Of a stretch of DNA of 64,000 nucleotides, positions 39,340 to 47,952 are shown piece after piece (position 1 is the first letter of the stretch; the number at the start of each line of letters is the position of its first letter). The stretch covers positions 44,312 to 108,311 of the forward strand of contig CAYXIY010000001.1 in NCBI GenBank assembly GCA_964465475.1, given 5' to 3'. The notes beneath the pieces were generated by a model. The model was not told where the DNA came from and did no database searches. It saw nothing but the letters and a program-made list of their open reading frames with translations. A program made the translations under genes and the position numbers. The DNA is from an uncultured Acidimicrobium sp. GTDB taxonomy: Bacteria > Actinomycetota > Acidimicrobiia > Acidimicrobiales > Ilumatobacteraceae.

Positions 39340-41090
39340 GAACCCTCCCGCTCCCGCCTGTCACTTTCGTATGACTCGATCAACGATCGATATTCATCGG
39401 AACGAACCAGCAGGTCGTCGTGAGCACCCTCGGCCCTGACTGAACCACCTTCCACGAAGACGACTCGGTCCGCCACTGCAACCGTGGACGGACGAGACGC
39501 GACGATCAGACACGACAGGCCCTCAATTTCCTTCAGTCGTCGGACGATGGTCTGCTCCGTGGTCGGATCGAGTGCACTCGTCGTATCGTCGATCAACAGA
39601 AGCGGAGCGCGTCGATACAGGGCTCGAGCCAGGGCTATGCGCTGGCGTTGTCCACCACTGAGTGAAACTCCTCGCTCCCCGACCATCGTCTCAACGCCCT
39701 GTGGCAAATCCTCCACGAAACTCAGAGCATCGGCATCGTGCAGCGATTGACGAAGACGTTGGTCGTCGCGATCGGCACCAAGGCACACATTCGACGCGAT
39801 GCTTCCCGACAACAGGAAGGCCTCCTGAAACACCATTGCCGGTTCACCTCTCGGCCAACGCACCTCGCCCGATGTCGGTGACAGCAGTCCCCCCGCAAGC
39901 CGGAGCAACGTGGACTTGCCCGTCCCAGTCCTTCCGACGATCGCCACAACTTCTCCACGATCAACCGTGAGAGTCACATCGTCAACCACCCGTCCCGATG
40001 TCGTCGAGAACTCGAAGGACACCCCACTCAACCCGAGGACTCGAGAACTTGAGGCCTCCCTTTGAGGCTTGATCGTTGCAAGTATCGGTTCATCGAGCAC
40101 TCCCGAGACACGCTTCCAACCGCTCGCCGAGTGCGGAACTTCACTCAGCACGTAGCCGATGATGCGCAATGGGAAGATGAGCAGAGTGAAGAGATAGATG
40201 AAACTCGACAGTTCCCCAAGCGTCATGGCCCCCGCAGAGACCCGATGCGCGCCAATGAGGATGAGCAGGACGTTGAACGACGCTGGTACGAAGTCGAGCA
40301 AGGCCTCGAACGTGCTGCGGGCATACACGGCGCGGATACGGGCGTCGCGAAGTCGCCCGGAGATGGTGGACAGTCGGTGTGTTTCACGATCTTCCGCTCC
40401 GAAAACCTTGACCACGAGAACTCCCTCGAAACTCTCATGTACGGCTTCGGAGAGTGCGCCGAGTTCGTGTTGGGCACGGTCGTAGAAGACGTCGATCCGC
40501 TTCTGGTAGCCCACGTTCAGTGCCAGGAGGCATGGGATAAGCAACAATGCGACCAAGCCCAACGGGACGTCCACGACCATCAACCAGATGCTCGAGGCAA
40601 CGACGAGCACGACGACCGACGTGCTGAACGGGAGAGGGGCGAGAACGCCGACCGTGGCGTCAACGTCGACACCGACCTTCGACACGAGGTCCCCGGTCAT
40701 CTGTTGTCCGTGCCATTGGGCGGGCTGACGCATCACCTTTGTCGCCACTGAATCTGAGATCTTGGCAGCCACATTCCACTCCGTGACTCCTGCAAAGGAT
40801 CGTCGGACGACTACCCCCGCAGCTCGCGTCACACCGATCCCGACGATGAGCGACCCGGCGATGACGAACCGAGACACGGGCAAGGAACCGTTGTCGAAGA
40901 ACGCGATGATCACGTTGTCGATGGTCCAGCCGACAGCAAAACTCGAGGCGACCGTACACAGCGCGTACACGGCGGCTCCTGTTACCGCAATAGCAAAGGT
41001 GCCTGGCTCGTGGCGCACCAGTACTTTCAGCAATTCAAATGCCTGACGGACTCGCGACGCCGAATCTGACGTTGGTGTGCTGGGGGTCAC
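39336..41090 (-). CDS. ABC exporter, fused permease/ATPase (half transporter, partner of 37561..39339)
   Basis: Walker A GRTGTGKST, signature LSGGQRQ, Walker B LLLIDDTTS. ATGA overlap with the partner gene. GTG at 41090 is chosen because the longer track N-terminus looks non-protein-like. Confidence 0.85.
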   Translation of the reverse strand: MTPSTPTSDSASRVRQAFELLKVLVRHEPGTFAIAVTGAAVYALCTVASSFAVGWTIDNVIIAFFDNGSLPVSRFVIAGSLIVGIGVTRAAGVVVRRSFAGVTEWNVAAKISDSVATKVMRQPAQWHGQQMTGDLVSKVGVDVDATVGVLAPLPFSTSVVVLVVASSIWLMVVDVPLGLVALLLIPCLLALNVGYQKRIDVFYDRAQHELGALSEAVHESFEGVLVVKVFGAEDRETHRLSTISGRLRDARIRAVYARSTFEALLDFVPASFNVLLILIGAHRVSAGAMTLGELSSFIYLFTLLIFPLRIIGYVLSEVPHSASGWKRVSGVLDEPILATIKPQREASSSRVLGLSGVSFEFSTTSGRVVDDVTLTVDRGEVVAIVGRTGTGKSTLLRLAGGLLSPTSGEVRWPRGEPAMVFQEAFLLSGSIASNVCLGADRDDQRLRQSLHDADALSFVEDLPQGVETMVGERGVSLSGGQRQRIALARALYRRAPLLLIDDTTSALDPTTEQTIVRRLKEIEGLSCLIVASRPSTVAVADRVVFVEGGSVRAEGAHDDLLVRSDEYRSLIESYESDRREREGS

Positions 41091-41660
41091 GTGACGAGTG
41101 TATTCCTGTGTCTCCTTCTCGTCGTTACACTCGCCTCGGTGTCGGCTCGTCAACGTCTTGCTCGAATCGGAATCGTGACTGCCATCCTTCTGACGAGCGC
41201 AATGTGGCTCTATGCGTTCGTCTTTGCATCTCGCGAAGCCGTCAACAAGATCGCAGACTCGAGTTGGCAGCAACGTGCAGAGTCTCTGTGCGCTACCGCG
41301 CTCCTGAAGCGTCTCGAACTTGCAGATTTTCGGCTCATTGAAGATTCAGGTCCTGACGCCCTGGAGCGCCGGGCCGAGATCGTCGACAAGGCCACTGACA
41401 CTCTCGAGGAGATGATCAGATCCATCGCCTCCACACCACCGACGGACGCCAAGGGTCTTGCCTTGGTTCCGCAGTGGATCGCCGACTACATGACCTATGT
41501 GCAGGACCGACGGGATTATGCCGATCTGCTTCGATCGGGTGTCAACGAGCCATTCAGCGAGACGATGGTTGATGGATTGCCGCTGTCCGAGAAGATCTCA
41601 ACCTTTGCTGCGGACAATCGTGCGCCCAGTTGCAAGGCGCCAATCGATCTCTCAGTGTGA
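41091..41660 (+). CDS. Hypothetical membrane-anchored protein
   Basis: 189 aa with two N-terminal hydrophobic helices and then a helical soluble domain. I recognise no family. The start is uncertain. Confidence 0.4.
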   Translation: MTSVFLCLLLVVTLASVSARQRLARIGIVTAILLTSAMWLYAFVFASREAVNKIADSSWQQRAESLCATALLKRLELADFRLIEDSGPDALERRAEIVDKATDTLEEMIRSIASTPPTDAKGLALVPQWIADYMTYVQDRRDYADLLRSGVNEPFSETMVDGLPLSEKISTFAADNRAPSCKAPIDLSV

Positions 41661-42368
41661 GCCAGTGAGAAACTCGTCGCTGGGCCGCCACGATCCGTCG
41701 GCATCACGAACACGAACTACTCGCGCTGGATTCCCGACCGCGACGCAATAGTCAGGCAAGTCCTTGGTGACGACGCTTTGTGCACCGACGGCAACATGTC
41801 GTCCGATGGTCACGCCAGGCAACACAACGACACCATGCCCCAACCATGAACCTGCACCGATGCGAACCGGGCGCTCCGGTTGAGTCTGTTGCGAGATCGG
41901 CCGCGATGTGTCCTCGTACCCGTGATTCTGATCGGTGATGTAGACGTGATGTCCCGTCCACACGTCGTCCTCGATGACGATCGACAGATGACCGACGATT
42001 CCACTTCCACGCCCGATGAGCACCCTGTCTCCTATCGACACAACCGGATCGTTGAAGCACACCTGTCCTGGCATCATTCCCGCCGAGAGGGCAACGTGCG
42101 AACCGATCATCGTGTCTGATCCGATCCGTATGTACTTCTCCCCGAAAATGGTGGTTTGAGGGAACAGGATCACGCTTCGCTCCCCGAATGCGCCGAACCG
42201 CATGCCCTTCGGAGTCGAAGCGCCGATCGCGCCGTAGGCCTCAAGCCACGCCCACACCCGTGGAGCGAGACGCTCGGACAGCCGATGTGGGAGAAATCTC
42301 ACGTCCCAGAATCTACCGTTAGCCTGAATTTGTGCGCCCGCGAGTAACCGCTCCAGTCGTTCGCTCAC
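41652..42368 (-). CDS. Hexapeptide-repeat (LbH) acyl/acetyltransferase
   Basis: Repeated [LIV]-G-x4 hexapeptides (IGSDTMIGSHVAL, IGDRVLIGRGSGIVG, IGAGSWLGHGVVVLPGVTIGRHVAVGA). The start is uncertain: GTG at 42368 or GTG at 42302. Confidence 0.75.
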   Translation of the reverse strand: MSERLERLLAGAQIQANGRFWDVRFLPHRLSERLAPRVWAWLEAYGAIGASTPKGMRFGAFGERSVILFPQTTIFGEKYIRIGSDTMIGSHVALSAGMMPGQVCFNDPVVSIGDRVLIGRGSGIVGHLSIVIEDDVWTGHHVYITDQNHGYEDTSRPISQQTQPERPVRIGAGSWLGHGVVVLPGVTIGRHVAVGAQSVVTKDLPDYCVAVGNPARVVRVRDADGSWRPSDEFLTGSH

Positions 42369-43129
42369 GCAAGGGAAGCCCTCTACCCCTCACGATGATC
42401 ACCGCATATGACGCGACTTTTGCGCGAATCGTTGATGATTCAGGTGTGGACATGATTCTCGTGGGCGACTCCGTCGGGTCAGTCGTCCAGGGCGTCGGCA
42501 ACACGATTCCCGTCACCATCGACGAGATGGAATATCACGTTCGTCTCGTCGCTCGAGCCAACCCGAAGGCTCTGATCGTCGGAGACCTGCCGTTCGGTTC
42601 GTATCACGTCAACAGCGAACAAGGAGTGCGAAGCGCCATCCAGCTCATCAAAGCCGGTGCATCAGCGGTCAAGCTCGAGGGTGGCAAGACGATGTACGAC
42701 ACGATCTCGGCGATCTGTCGCGTCGACATCCCCGTCATGGGCCACATCGGTTTGACGCCCCAGAGTTACCACCGCATGGGAGGTCACAAAGTACAGGGAC
42801 GCGACTTTGAAGGTCGTGATCGGATACTCGAGGATGCAAAAGCGGTGGAGGCAGCCGGAGCGTTCTCCGTGGTCATCGAAGGTGTTCCTCGTGATCTCGC
42901 GAGCGAGATCACGACAATGGTCTCGATTCCAACGATTGGTATCGGCGCAGGACCGGAGACCGACGGACAGGTGCTCGTCCTACACGACATTCTTGGCCTG
43001 AGCGCCAATCCCCCATCTTTTGCGAGGAGTTATGCGAACGTCGGAGAGATTGCACGTGAAGCATGCGCCCAATTTGTTCGCTCTGTGCAAGATCATTCCT
43101 GGCCGGACGACCAACATTCGTTCCACTGA
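42332..43129 (+). CDS. panB: 3-methyl-2-oxobutanoate hydroxymethyltransferase
   Basis: ...MITAYDATFARIVDDSGVDMILVGDSVG..., 265 aa, GTG start. Confidence 0.85.
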   Translation: MRPRVTAPVVRSRKGSPLPLTMITAYDATFARIVDDSGVDMILVGDSVGSVVQGVGNTIPVTIDEMEYHVRLVARANPKALIVGDLPFGSYHVNSEQGVRSAIQLIKAGASAVKLEGGKTMYDTISAICRVDIPVMGHIGLTPQSYHRMGGHKVQGRDFEGRDRILEDAKAVEAAGAFSVVIEGVPRDLASEITTMVSIPTIGIGAGPETDGQVLVLHDILGLSANPPSFARSYANVGEIAREACAQFVRSVQDHSWPDDQHSFH

Positions 43130-43131
43130 CG

Positions 43132-43995
43132 ATGATCGTCCTCGACTCCGTCGATTCTGCTCTTGCCTGGAGAACATCGCTCGCTCCACAGGTTCGTGTG
43201 GGACTTGTGCCGACCATGGGTGCGTTGCACGACGGTCACGCGAGATGCATTCAATCGTGTAGTGCTACGAGCGACGTGTCGGTCACATCCATTTTCGTCA
43301 ATCAATCCCAGTTCGGCGATTCCCACGATTTCGACAGCTATCCCCGAACCTGGGAGAGCGACCTCCGTGTCGCTGAAGGTGCTGGAGCATCCGTCATCTT
43401 TGCCCCCGGTGACGACGACATGAACCAACGGATGATCAACCATCCACGCACGGCTGGTCCGTTGTCCAACCTCTGGGAGGGCGAACATCGGCCCGGCCAC
43501 TTCGATGCTGTCGTCACCGTCGTCAACCAACTGTTCGCCGCCATCCGACCACACCGTGCGCGCTTCGGCGAGAAAGATCGCCAACAACTCGCGGTCATCA
43601 CATCCTGGGCTCGCGATGAATGGCCAGCCATTGCCATCGATGCCGAGCCAACCGTTCGGGAACCCGATGGACTCGCGATGTCGAGCAGAAACGTTCGCCT
43701 CTCCCCCGATGCTCGACGTCATGCAGCGTCGATCTATGCAGCCCTCTCCGGACTACAACGAGAGTTCAACGACGGGCAGCGTTCCTCAACACGACTCATC
43801 GACAACGCACGATCCTTTGTTTCCTCCGAAGCAACCATCGACTATCTCACGATCGTCGACGCAGCGACACTCACACCGCTCGATCACGCGAAATTGGGCG
43901 CCGTCGTCCTCGTCGCCGCATCGATCGACGGGGTGCGCTTGATCGACAACCTGACGCTCTCCGACAAGTTCCTATCGATGCAGAGACCCGTCTGA
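43132..43995 (+). CDS. panC: Pantoate--beta-alanine ligase
   Basis: VGLVPTMGALHDGH motif. The ATG lies 2 nt after the panB stop. Confidence 0.85.
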   Translation: MIVLDSVDSALAWRTSLAPQVRVGLVPTMGALHDGHARCIQSCSATSDVSVTSIFVNQSQFGDSHDFDSYPRTWESDLRVAEGAGASVIFAPGDDDMNQRMINHPRTAGPLSNLWEGEHRPGHFDAVVTVVNQLFAAIRPHRARFGEKDRQQLAVITSWARDEWPAIAIDAEPTVREPDGLAMSSRNVRLSPDARRHAASIYAALSGLQREFNDGQRSSTRLIDNARSFVSSEATIDYLTIVDAATLTPLDHAKLGAVVLVAASIDGVRLIDNLTLSDKFLSMQRPV

Positions 43996-45414
43996 CTGCG
44001 ACATTCGAAATCGATACGTTCGAACGTCGTCGCCGGACAGGATTCCGCCCCTCGCGAGGGTCCTCCCGTGCTGCCAGTTCGACAGACCAAGCTCCGGCTT
44101 GTCCAGCGCGAATTGACCGTCGACCCACCTAGTCATTCCGTCCCCGACGAACGGTGAATCCAAGCGACGCCACGCCTCCGAATGATCCCGTTCTGAATTG
44201 CTGATGACGGAGACCACGAATCGAGGCGAATAGGTGTTGCACAAGTCGATTCCCTCGTCGAACGAGCGTGTGCGCACCACGAACAGCTCTGGTGCCGATT
44301 CCCACTCCCACTCTGTCGATAGATCTGTCGGCTGAGACTCTTCGACGACGATTGACTCACCCTCAGCACCGAGGTCTACCCTTGACGCTCCCACGACGTG
44401 GACGACGCACGCGGCCTTGCGGCGCTCTCCTATCTTCTTCAACTCGCCGAGGATGATCGGAACTGTGGTACTCCACACCGCTTCTGGAACGCAGATTGCA
44501 TTCACCGTATTGCACACCTTGCGATCGAGTGAATGGCCAAACGTCGATGCAAAGCGAGTCGGCTCGAATGACTCGCCGAGCAACATCCACGCTCCACCAG
44601 TTCCATGAAGGCTGACCGAGATGCCAGACGAGCGGGCTACGAAACCGAGATCGCGCACCGCCGGGCCACTTCCGCGCGCAACTGCAAGGGAGATTCGTTG
44701 ATCGGAGAAGAGCGCTAGACCTGCGGAACGTTCAACGGAGTCGACAAGGACGACGGCGCTCTCGGGCAAACCGCTCTCACGCAAGGCCGGTTTCAAACAC
44801 CCTTCCAGGATTGCCCGAGCAGTGCGAAGCGCGTCGGAGCCGATCCTGAAGACGCACGAGTTCCCCGATCGAAGGACACCGGCCGCATCCACGCATACAT
44901 TCGGTCGACCCTCGAAGACGAAGGCGACGACGCCCAACGGCGCAGCCACCTTCTGCACTTCCCATCCATCGTGAACGACCACATCCACGGTCTCCTCTTT
45001 GCGAACCGGCGACTCGGCCCACACCAACGCGCTCTCGACCATTTCTCGTCGCATCTTCTCGTCGATCACGAGCCTGCCGATGTGCCTCCCAGCCGACTGC
45101 GCGGCCTCGACATCCAACTTGTTCGCATCCAAGATCTCGCCGAAGGTCTCGTCGTGCGCCAACCGCGATGCGAAGAATTTGAAGAATTCACTGATCTGTG
45201 AATCTTCCACGCCTCCAAGCGCAGTAAAACCCTCGACGGCGCGATCTACTGCGTCACGTACGAGTCGATCGACATCGCCTGGAATGACTTCGACACGGGA
45301 TGGCAGCGCCACCAATCGACCGCCCTCGTTCAGGCGAGCAGCCTCCACCTCAGACAGCAGATGAACGACGCCGCCCACGAAGAACCGGTCACCCACTTGA
45401 AAGTCAGCAGACAT
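43972..45414 (-). CDS. Glutamate-5-semialdehyde dehydrogenase (ProA)-like aldehyde dehydrogenase with N-terminal extension of about 50 aa
   Basis: Aligns by eye to E. coli ProA at PLGVVAFVFEGRPNV, CNTVNA, TRWVDGQFAL and a HARGP-like end. No proB is adjacent. Confidence 0.7.
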   Translation of the reverse strand: MSADFQVGDRFFVGGVVHLLSEVEAARLNEGGRLVALPSRVEVIPGDVDRLVRDAVDRAVEGFTALGGVEDSQISEFFKFFASRLAHDETFGEILDANKLDVEAAQSAGRHIGRLVIDEKMRREMVESALVWAESPVRKEETVDVVVHDGWEVQKVAAPLGVVAFVFEGRPNVCVDAAGVLRSGNSCVFRIGSDALRTARAILEGCLKPALRESGLPESAVVLVDSVERSAGLALFSDQRISLAVARGSGPAVRDLGFVARSSGISVSLHGTGGAWMLLGESFEPTRFASTFGHSLDRKVCNTVNAICVPEAVWSTTVPIILGELKKIGERRKAACVVHVVGASRVDLGAEGESIVVEESQPTDLSTEWEWESAPELFVVRTRSFDEGIDLCNTYSPRFVVSVISNSERDHSEAWRRLDSPFVGDGMTRWVDGQFALDKPELGLSNWQHGRTLARGGILSGDDVRTYRFRMSQSDGSLHR

Positions 45415-46519
45415 AACCAACCTCCTCGAGAGTGACACGGCGGCGTTGCGCAATGGACATCTGTGCGGCTACACCGACGGCAACCGAACGGAGTCCGTCG
45501 CGCAACGACGCAATCGCCGATTCTTCACCCCTGATCGCTGCTGCAAACGAGAGGTGCTCACGATACGAAGAACCATGGTGTAGGCCCTGATGAGGAGCGT
45601 CCAACTCGACGACCTTCCGATTGACACCTGATGAACCTTCTGCTCGAAGCCCCAGTGAACACTCTCCGGAAGGGATCCGGACATCAGCCTTGGCCCTGTC
45701 CCCAACGACGCTGATCATCTGCTCGTCTCGCGAACCTTCGGCGAACATGCACAATTCCAACATCCCCCGCGAGCCGTCGTCGAATTCCACGATCACGTAA
45801 GCGTTGTCCAGGATGTCTGGTGTCCTATCCCCATAGCGCTCGTCTCGATGGTTCACGACGTCGGCAGCCGACGCCATCACGGCAAACGGTTCGGATCTCG
45901 TGATCTGGTGCATGAGATCGAAGAAGTGACAACACTTTTCGACGAGCGTTCCTCCTGTGAACTCGTTGAAACGATTCCAATCATTTACCTTCACCAAGAA
46001 AGGGAACCGATGTTCGACGATGGTGACCAGACGAGTTGTCCCAAGGAGGCCCTCTCTGACGGTCTCCAGAAGCCACTGTGTGGGGGCCATGAAGCGATAC
46101 TCGAGACCAACCTTCACGCACAGGTTCGGATGACCAGCCGCCAATGAGGACAAAGTAAGGCAGTCCTCGACCGAGGTCGCCAGTGGCTTTTCCACGAGGA
46201 CATGGAGGCCATGACCGACCACCTTCGAGGCAATCTCCGCGTGCGTGTGGTTGGGTGAGGCAATCACCGCAACGTTCGGGTGTGATTGCGCGATGACTGA
46301 GTCCAGGTCCTCGCCCACGACGACGTCGCCATCGACCATTCCGCTCGCAAGCGCCCTCGACTTCTCGTTGGTGTCCACCACTCCCACGACCCGCGCATCC
46401 GGCACGTGTGCGATATTGGCGATGTGCTCACGCCCCATCATCCCGGCCCCAATGACGACGTATCGAAGGTCCGTATCGGTAGCGGGATGTGGCACGAAAG
46501 TAGTGTATTGACGTGCCAC
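45404..46519 (-). CDS. Gfo/Idh/MocA family NAD(P)-dependent oxidoreductase
   Basis: RYVVIGAGMMG Rossmann motif and EKPLA motif. An alternative GTG start is at 46495. Confidence 0.8.
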   Translation of the reverse strand: MARQYTTFVPHPATDTDLRYVVIGAGMMGREHIANIAHVPDARVVGVVDTNEKSRALASGMVDGDVVVGEDLDSVIAQSHPNVAVIASPNHTHAEIASKVVGHGLHVLVEKPLATSVEDCLTLSSLAAGHPNLCVKVGLEYRFMAPTQWLLETVREGLLGTTRLVTIVEHRFPFLVKVNDWNRFNEFTGGTLVEKCCHFFDLMHQITRSEPFAVMASAADVVNHRDERYGDRTPDILDNAYVIVEFDDGSRGMLELCMFAEGSRDEQMISVVGDRAKADVRIPSGECSLGLRAEGSSGVNRKVVELDAPHQGLHHGSSYREHLSFAAAIRGEESAIASLRDGLRSVAVGVAAQMSIAQRRRVTLEEVGYVC

Positions 46520-47229
46520 AGAGTCCCGTGTACTTCAGGCAGCTGCTCTCGGGACGAGACTTCGCGCGGAGTGACGAACTCGCCACCCAGATGGTCAACA
46601 ACGTCTATCTCATTGGTGACAGCCAGACGAAAGAATGCGTGATCGTCGACCCCGCGTACGCGACACAGGAGATTCTCGACATCGCATCCAGCGACGACAT
46701 GACTGTCACAGGAATTTTGGTGAGCCACTACCACGCAGACCACATCGGTGGCTCGATGATGGGCCATTCGATAGCTGGCATTGCAGAACTGCTCTCGACG
46801 CACGATGTTCCGGTCCACGTCAACGAGCACGAAGTTCCGTGGGTCACACGAACTACAGGGGTTACAGCATCCCAGCTCGTTTCTCACCAAGGTGGCGAAC
46901 AGGTGACGGTCGGATCTCTCGCCATCGACCTCGTCCACACCCCAGGGCACACCCCTGGCAGCCAGTGCTTTCATGTTCATGGTGCCCTCATCTCGGGCGA
47001 CACGCTCTTCCTCGACGGGTGCGGGCGCACAGATCTTCCCGGGAGCGATCCCGAGCAGATGTATCACAGCCTTCGCACTATCGCATCGCTACCCGACGAG
47101 ACGATCGTCTTTCCAGGTCACAGGTATTCCCAGCACCCGTACGGCGATCTCGGATCGATCAAGGCCTACAACCACGTCTTTCGGCCCGAATCGGCCGAAC
47201 AATGGATGCAGTGGTTCGGCGGAAACTAG
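46513..47229 (+). CDS. MBL-fold protein, persulfide dioxygenase (ETHE1)-like
   Basis: HYHADH and PGHTPG motifs, and GDTLFLDGCGRTD...MYHSL, which closely parallels the ETHE1 GDALLIRGCGRTD...LYHSV. N-terminal YFRQL. Confidence 0.8.
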   Translation: MPQSPVYFRQLLSGRDFARSDELATQMVNNVYLIGDSQTKECVIVDPAYATQEILDIASSDDMTVTGILVSHYHADHIGGSMMGHSIAGIAELLSTHDVPVHVNEHEVPWVTRTTGVTASQLVSHQGGEQVTVGSLAIDLVHTPGHTPGSQCFHVHGALISGDTLFLDGCGRTDLPGSDPEQMYHSLRTIASLPDETIVFPGHRYSQHPYGDLGSIKAYNHVFRPESAEQWMQWFGGN

Positions 47230-47951
47230 ATCGCCGACAGCAGTGTGCTGAGACCGCTGACGGTCAACAATCCGAGAACCGCAAGTCGAAATCGCTCTTC
47301 GTTGATGTGTCGTCGTATCAACACCCCGACGAAACCCCCGAGGATCAAGAAGGGCACCGAGGCAGCCGAAAGCGCGACTTCATCGAGCGAGATCTTGCCT
47401 CGCACCGCGAAGATCACCGCCGCGTACAGGCCACTGAAAACGAAGACGGTGTTGAGGGTGGCCCTGAAGACGTCGGGTGCAACTTTTCTGGCCTGGAGCA
47501 CGAAGACGAGTGGTGGACCATTCGTCGACGTTGCCGTGTTCAACACTCCGCTCACGAGCCCGAAGACGTAGTCGAACCATCGACCCTTCCTCGAACCGTC
47601 GTAGCCGCGCTGTAGGACGAGAACACCGAACAGGATCGACACTCCAAGCACCAACTTCAGCCATCTCTCGTCGACCGTGAACAGGACGAACGCACCGAAC
47701 GGTCCTCCAATGACAGTGCAGGCGAGAAATCGTCTGGTGTAGGCAGGATGGATCGAGCGACGACCCTGCACAGCATGTCCGAGGTTCCCCAGAGTGCCGA
47801 CGAGAGTTGCAATGATGACCGCCTCGTCGAGATTGAGCCGCAACAGCAAAAACGGAACGGTGAGGAGGGCGAAGCCAAAACCAGCTGAGGCCTGGACGAG
47901 CGACGTCGCGAGGATGACACCACAGACCAACACCAGATCTGCTGCACTCAC
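47226..47951 (-). CDS. TauE/SafE (TSUP) family anion/sulfite exporter
   Basis: 241 aa polytopic protein, Gly-rich TM helices and an internal duplication typical of TSUP. Confidence 0.8.
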   Translation of the reverse strand: MSAADLVLVCGVILATSLVQASAGFGFALLTVPFLLLRLNLDEAVIIATLVGTLGNLGHAVQGRRSIHPAYTRRFLACTVIGGPFGAFVLFTVDERWLKLVLGVSILFGVLVLQRGYDGSRKGRWFDYVFGLVSGVLNTATSTNGPPLVFVLQARKVAPDVFRATLNTVFVFSGLYAAVIFAVRGKISLDEVALSAASVPFLILGGFVGVLIRRHINEERFRLAVLGLLTVSGLSTLLSAI

Positions 47952-47952
47952 G

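Noticed and set aside
43972-45414. Labelling the ProA-like gene simply as proA.
   Set aside because: There is no adjacent proB. The gene has an extra N-terminal segment and is coupled to a Gfo/Idh/MocA oxidoreductase inside an accessory-looking block. The symbol is withheld pending a whole-genome check.
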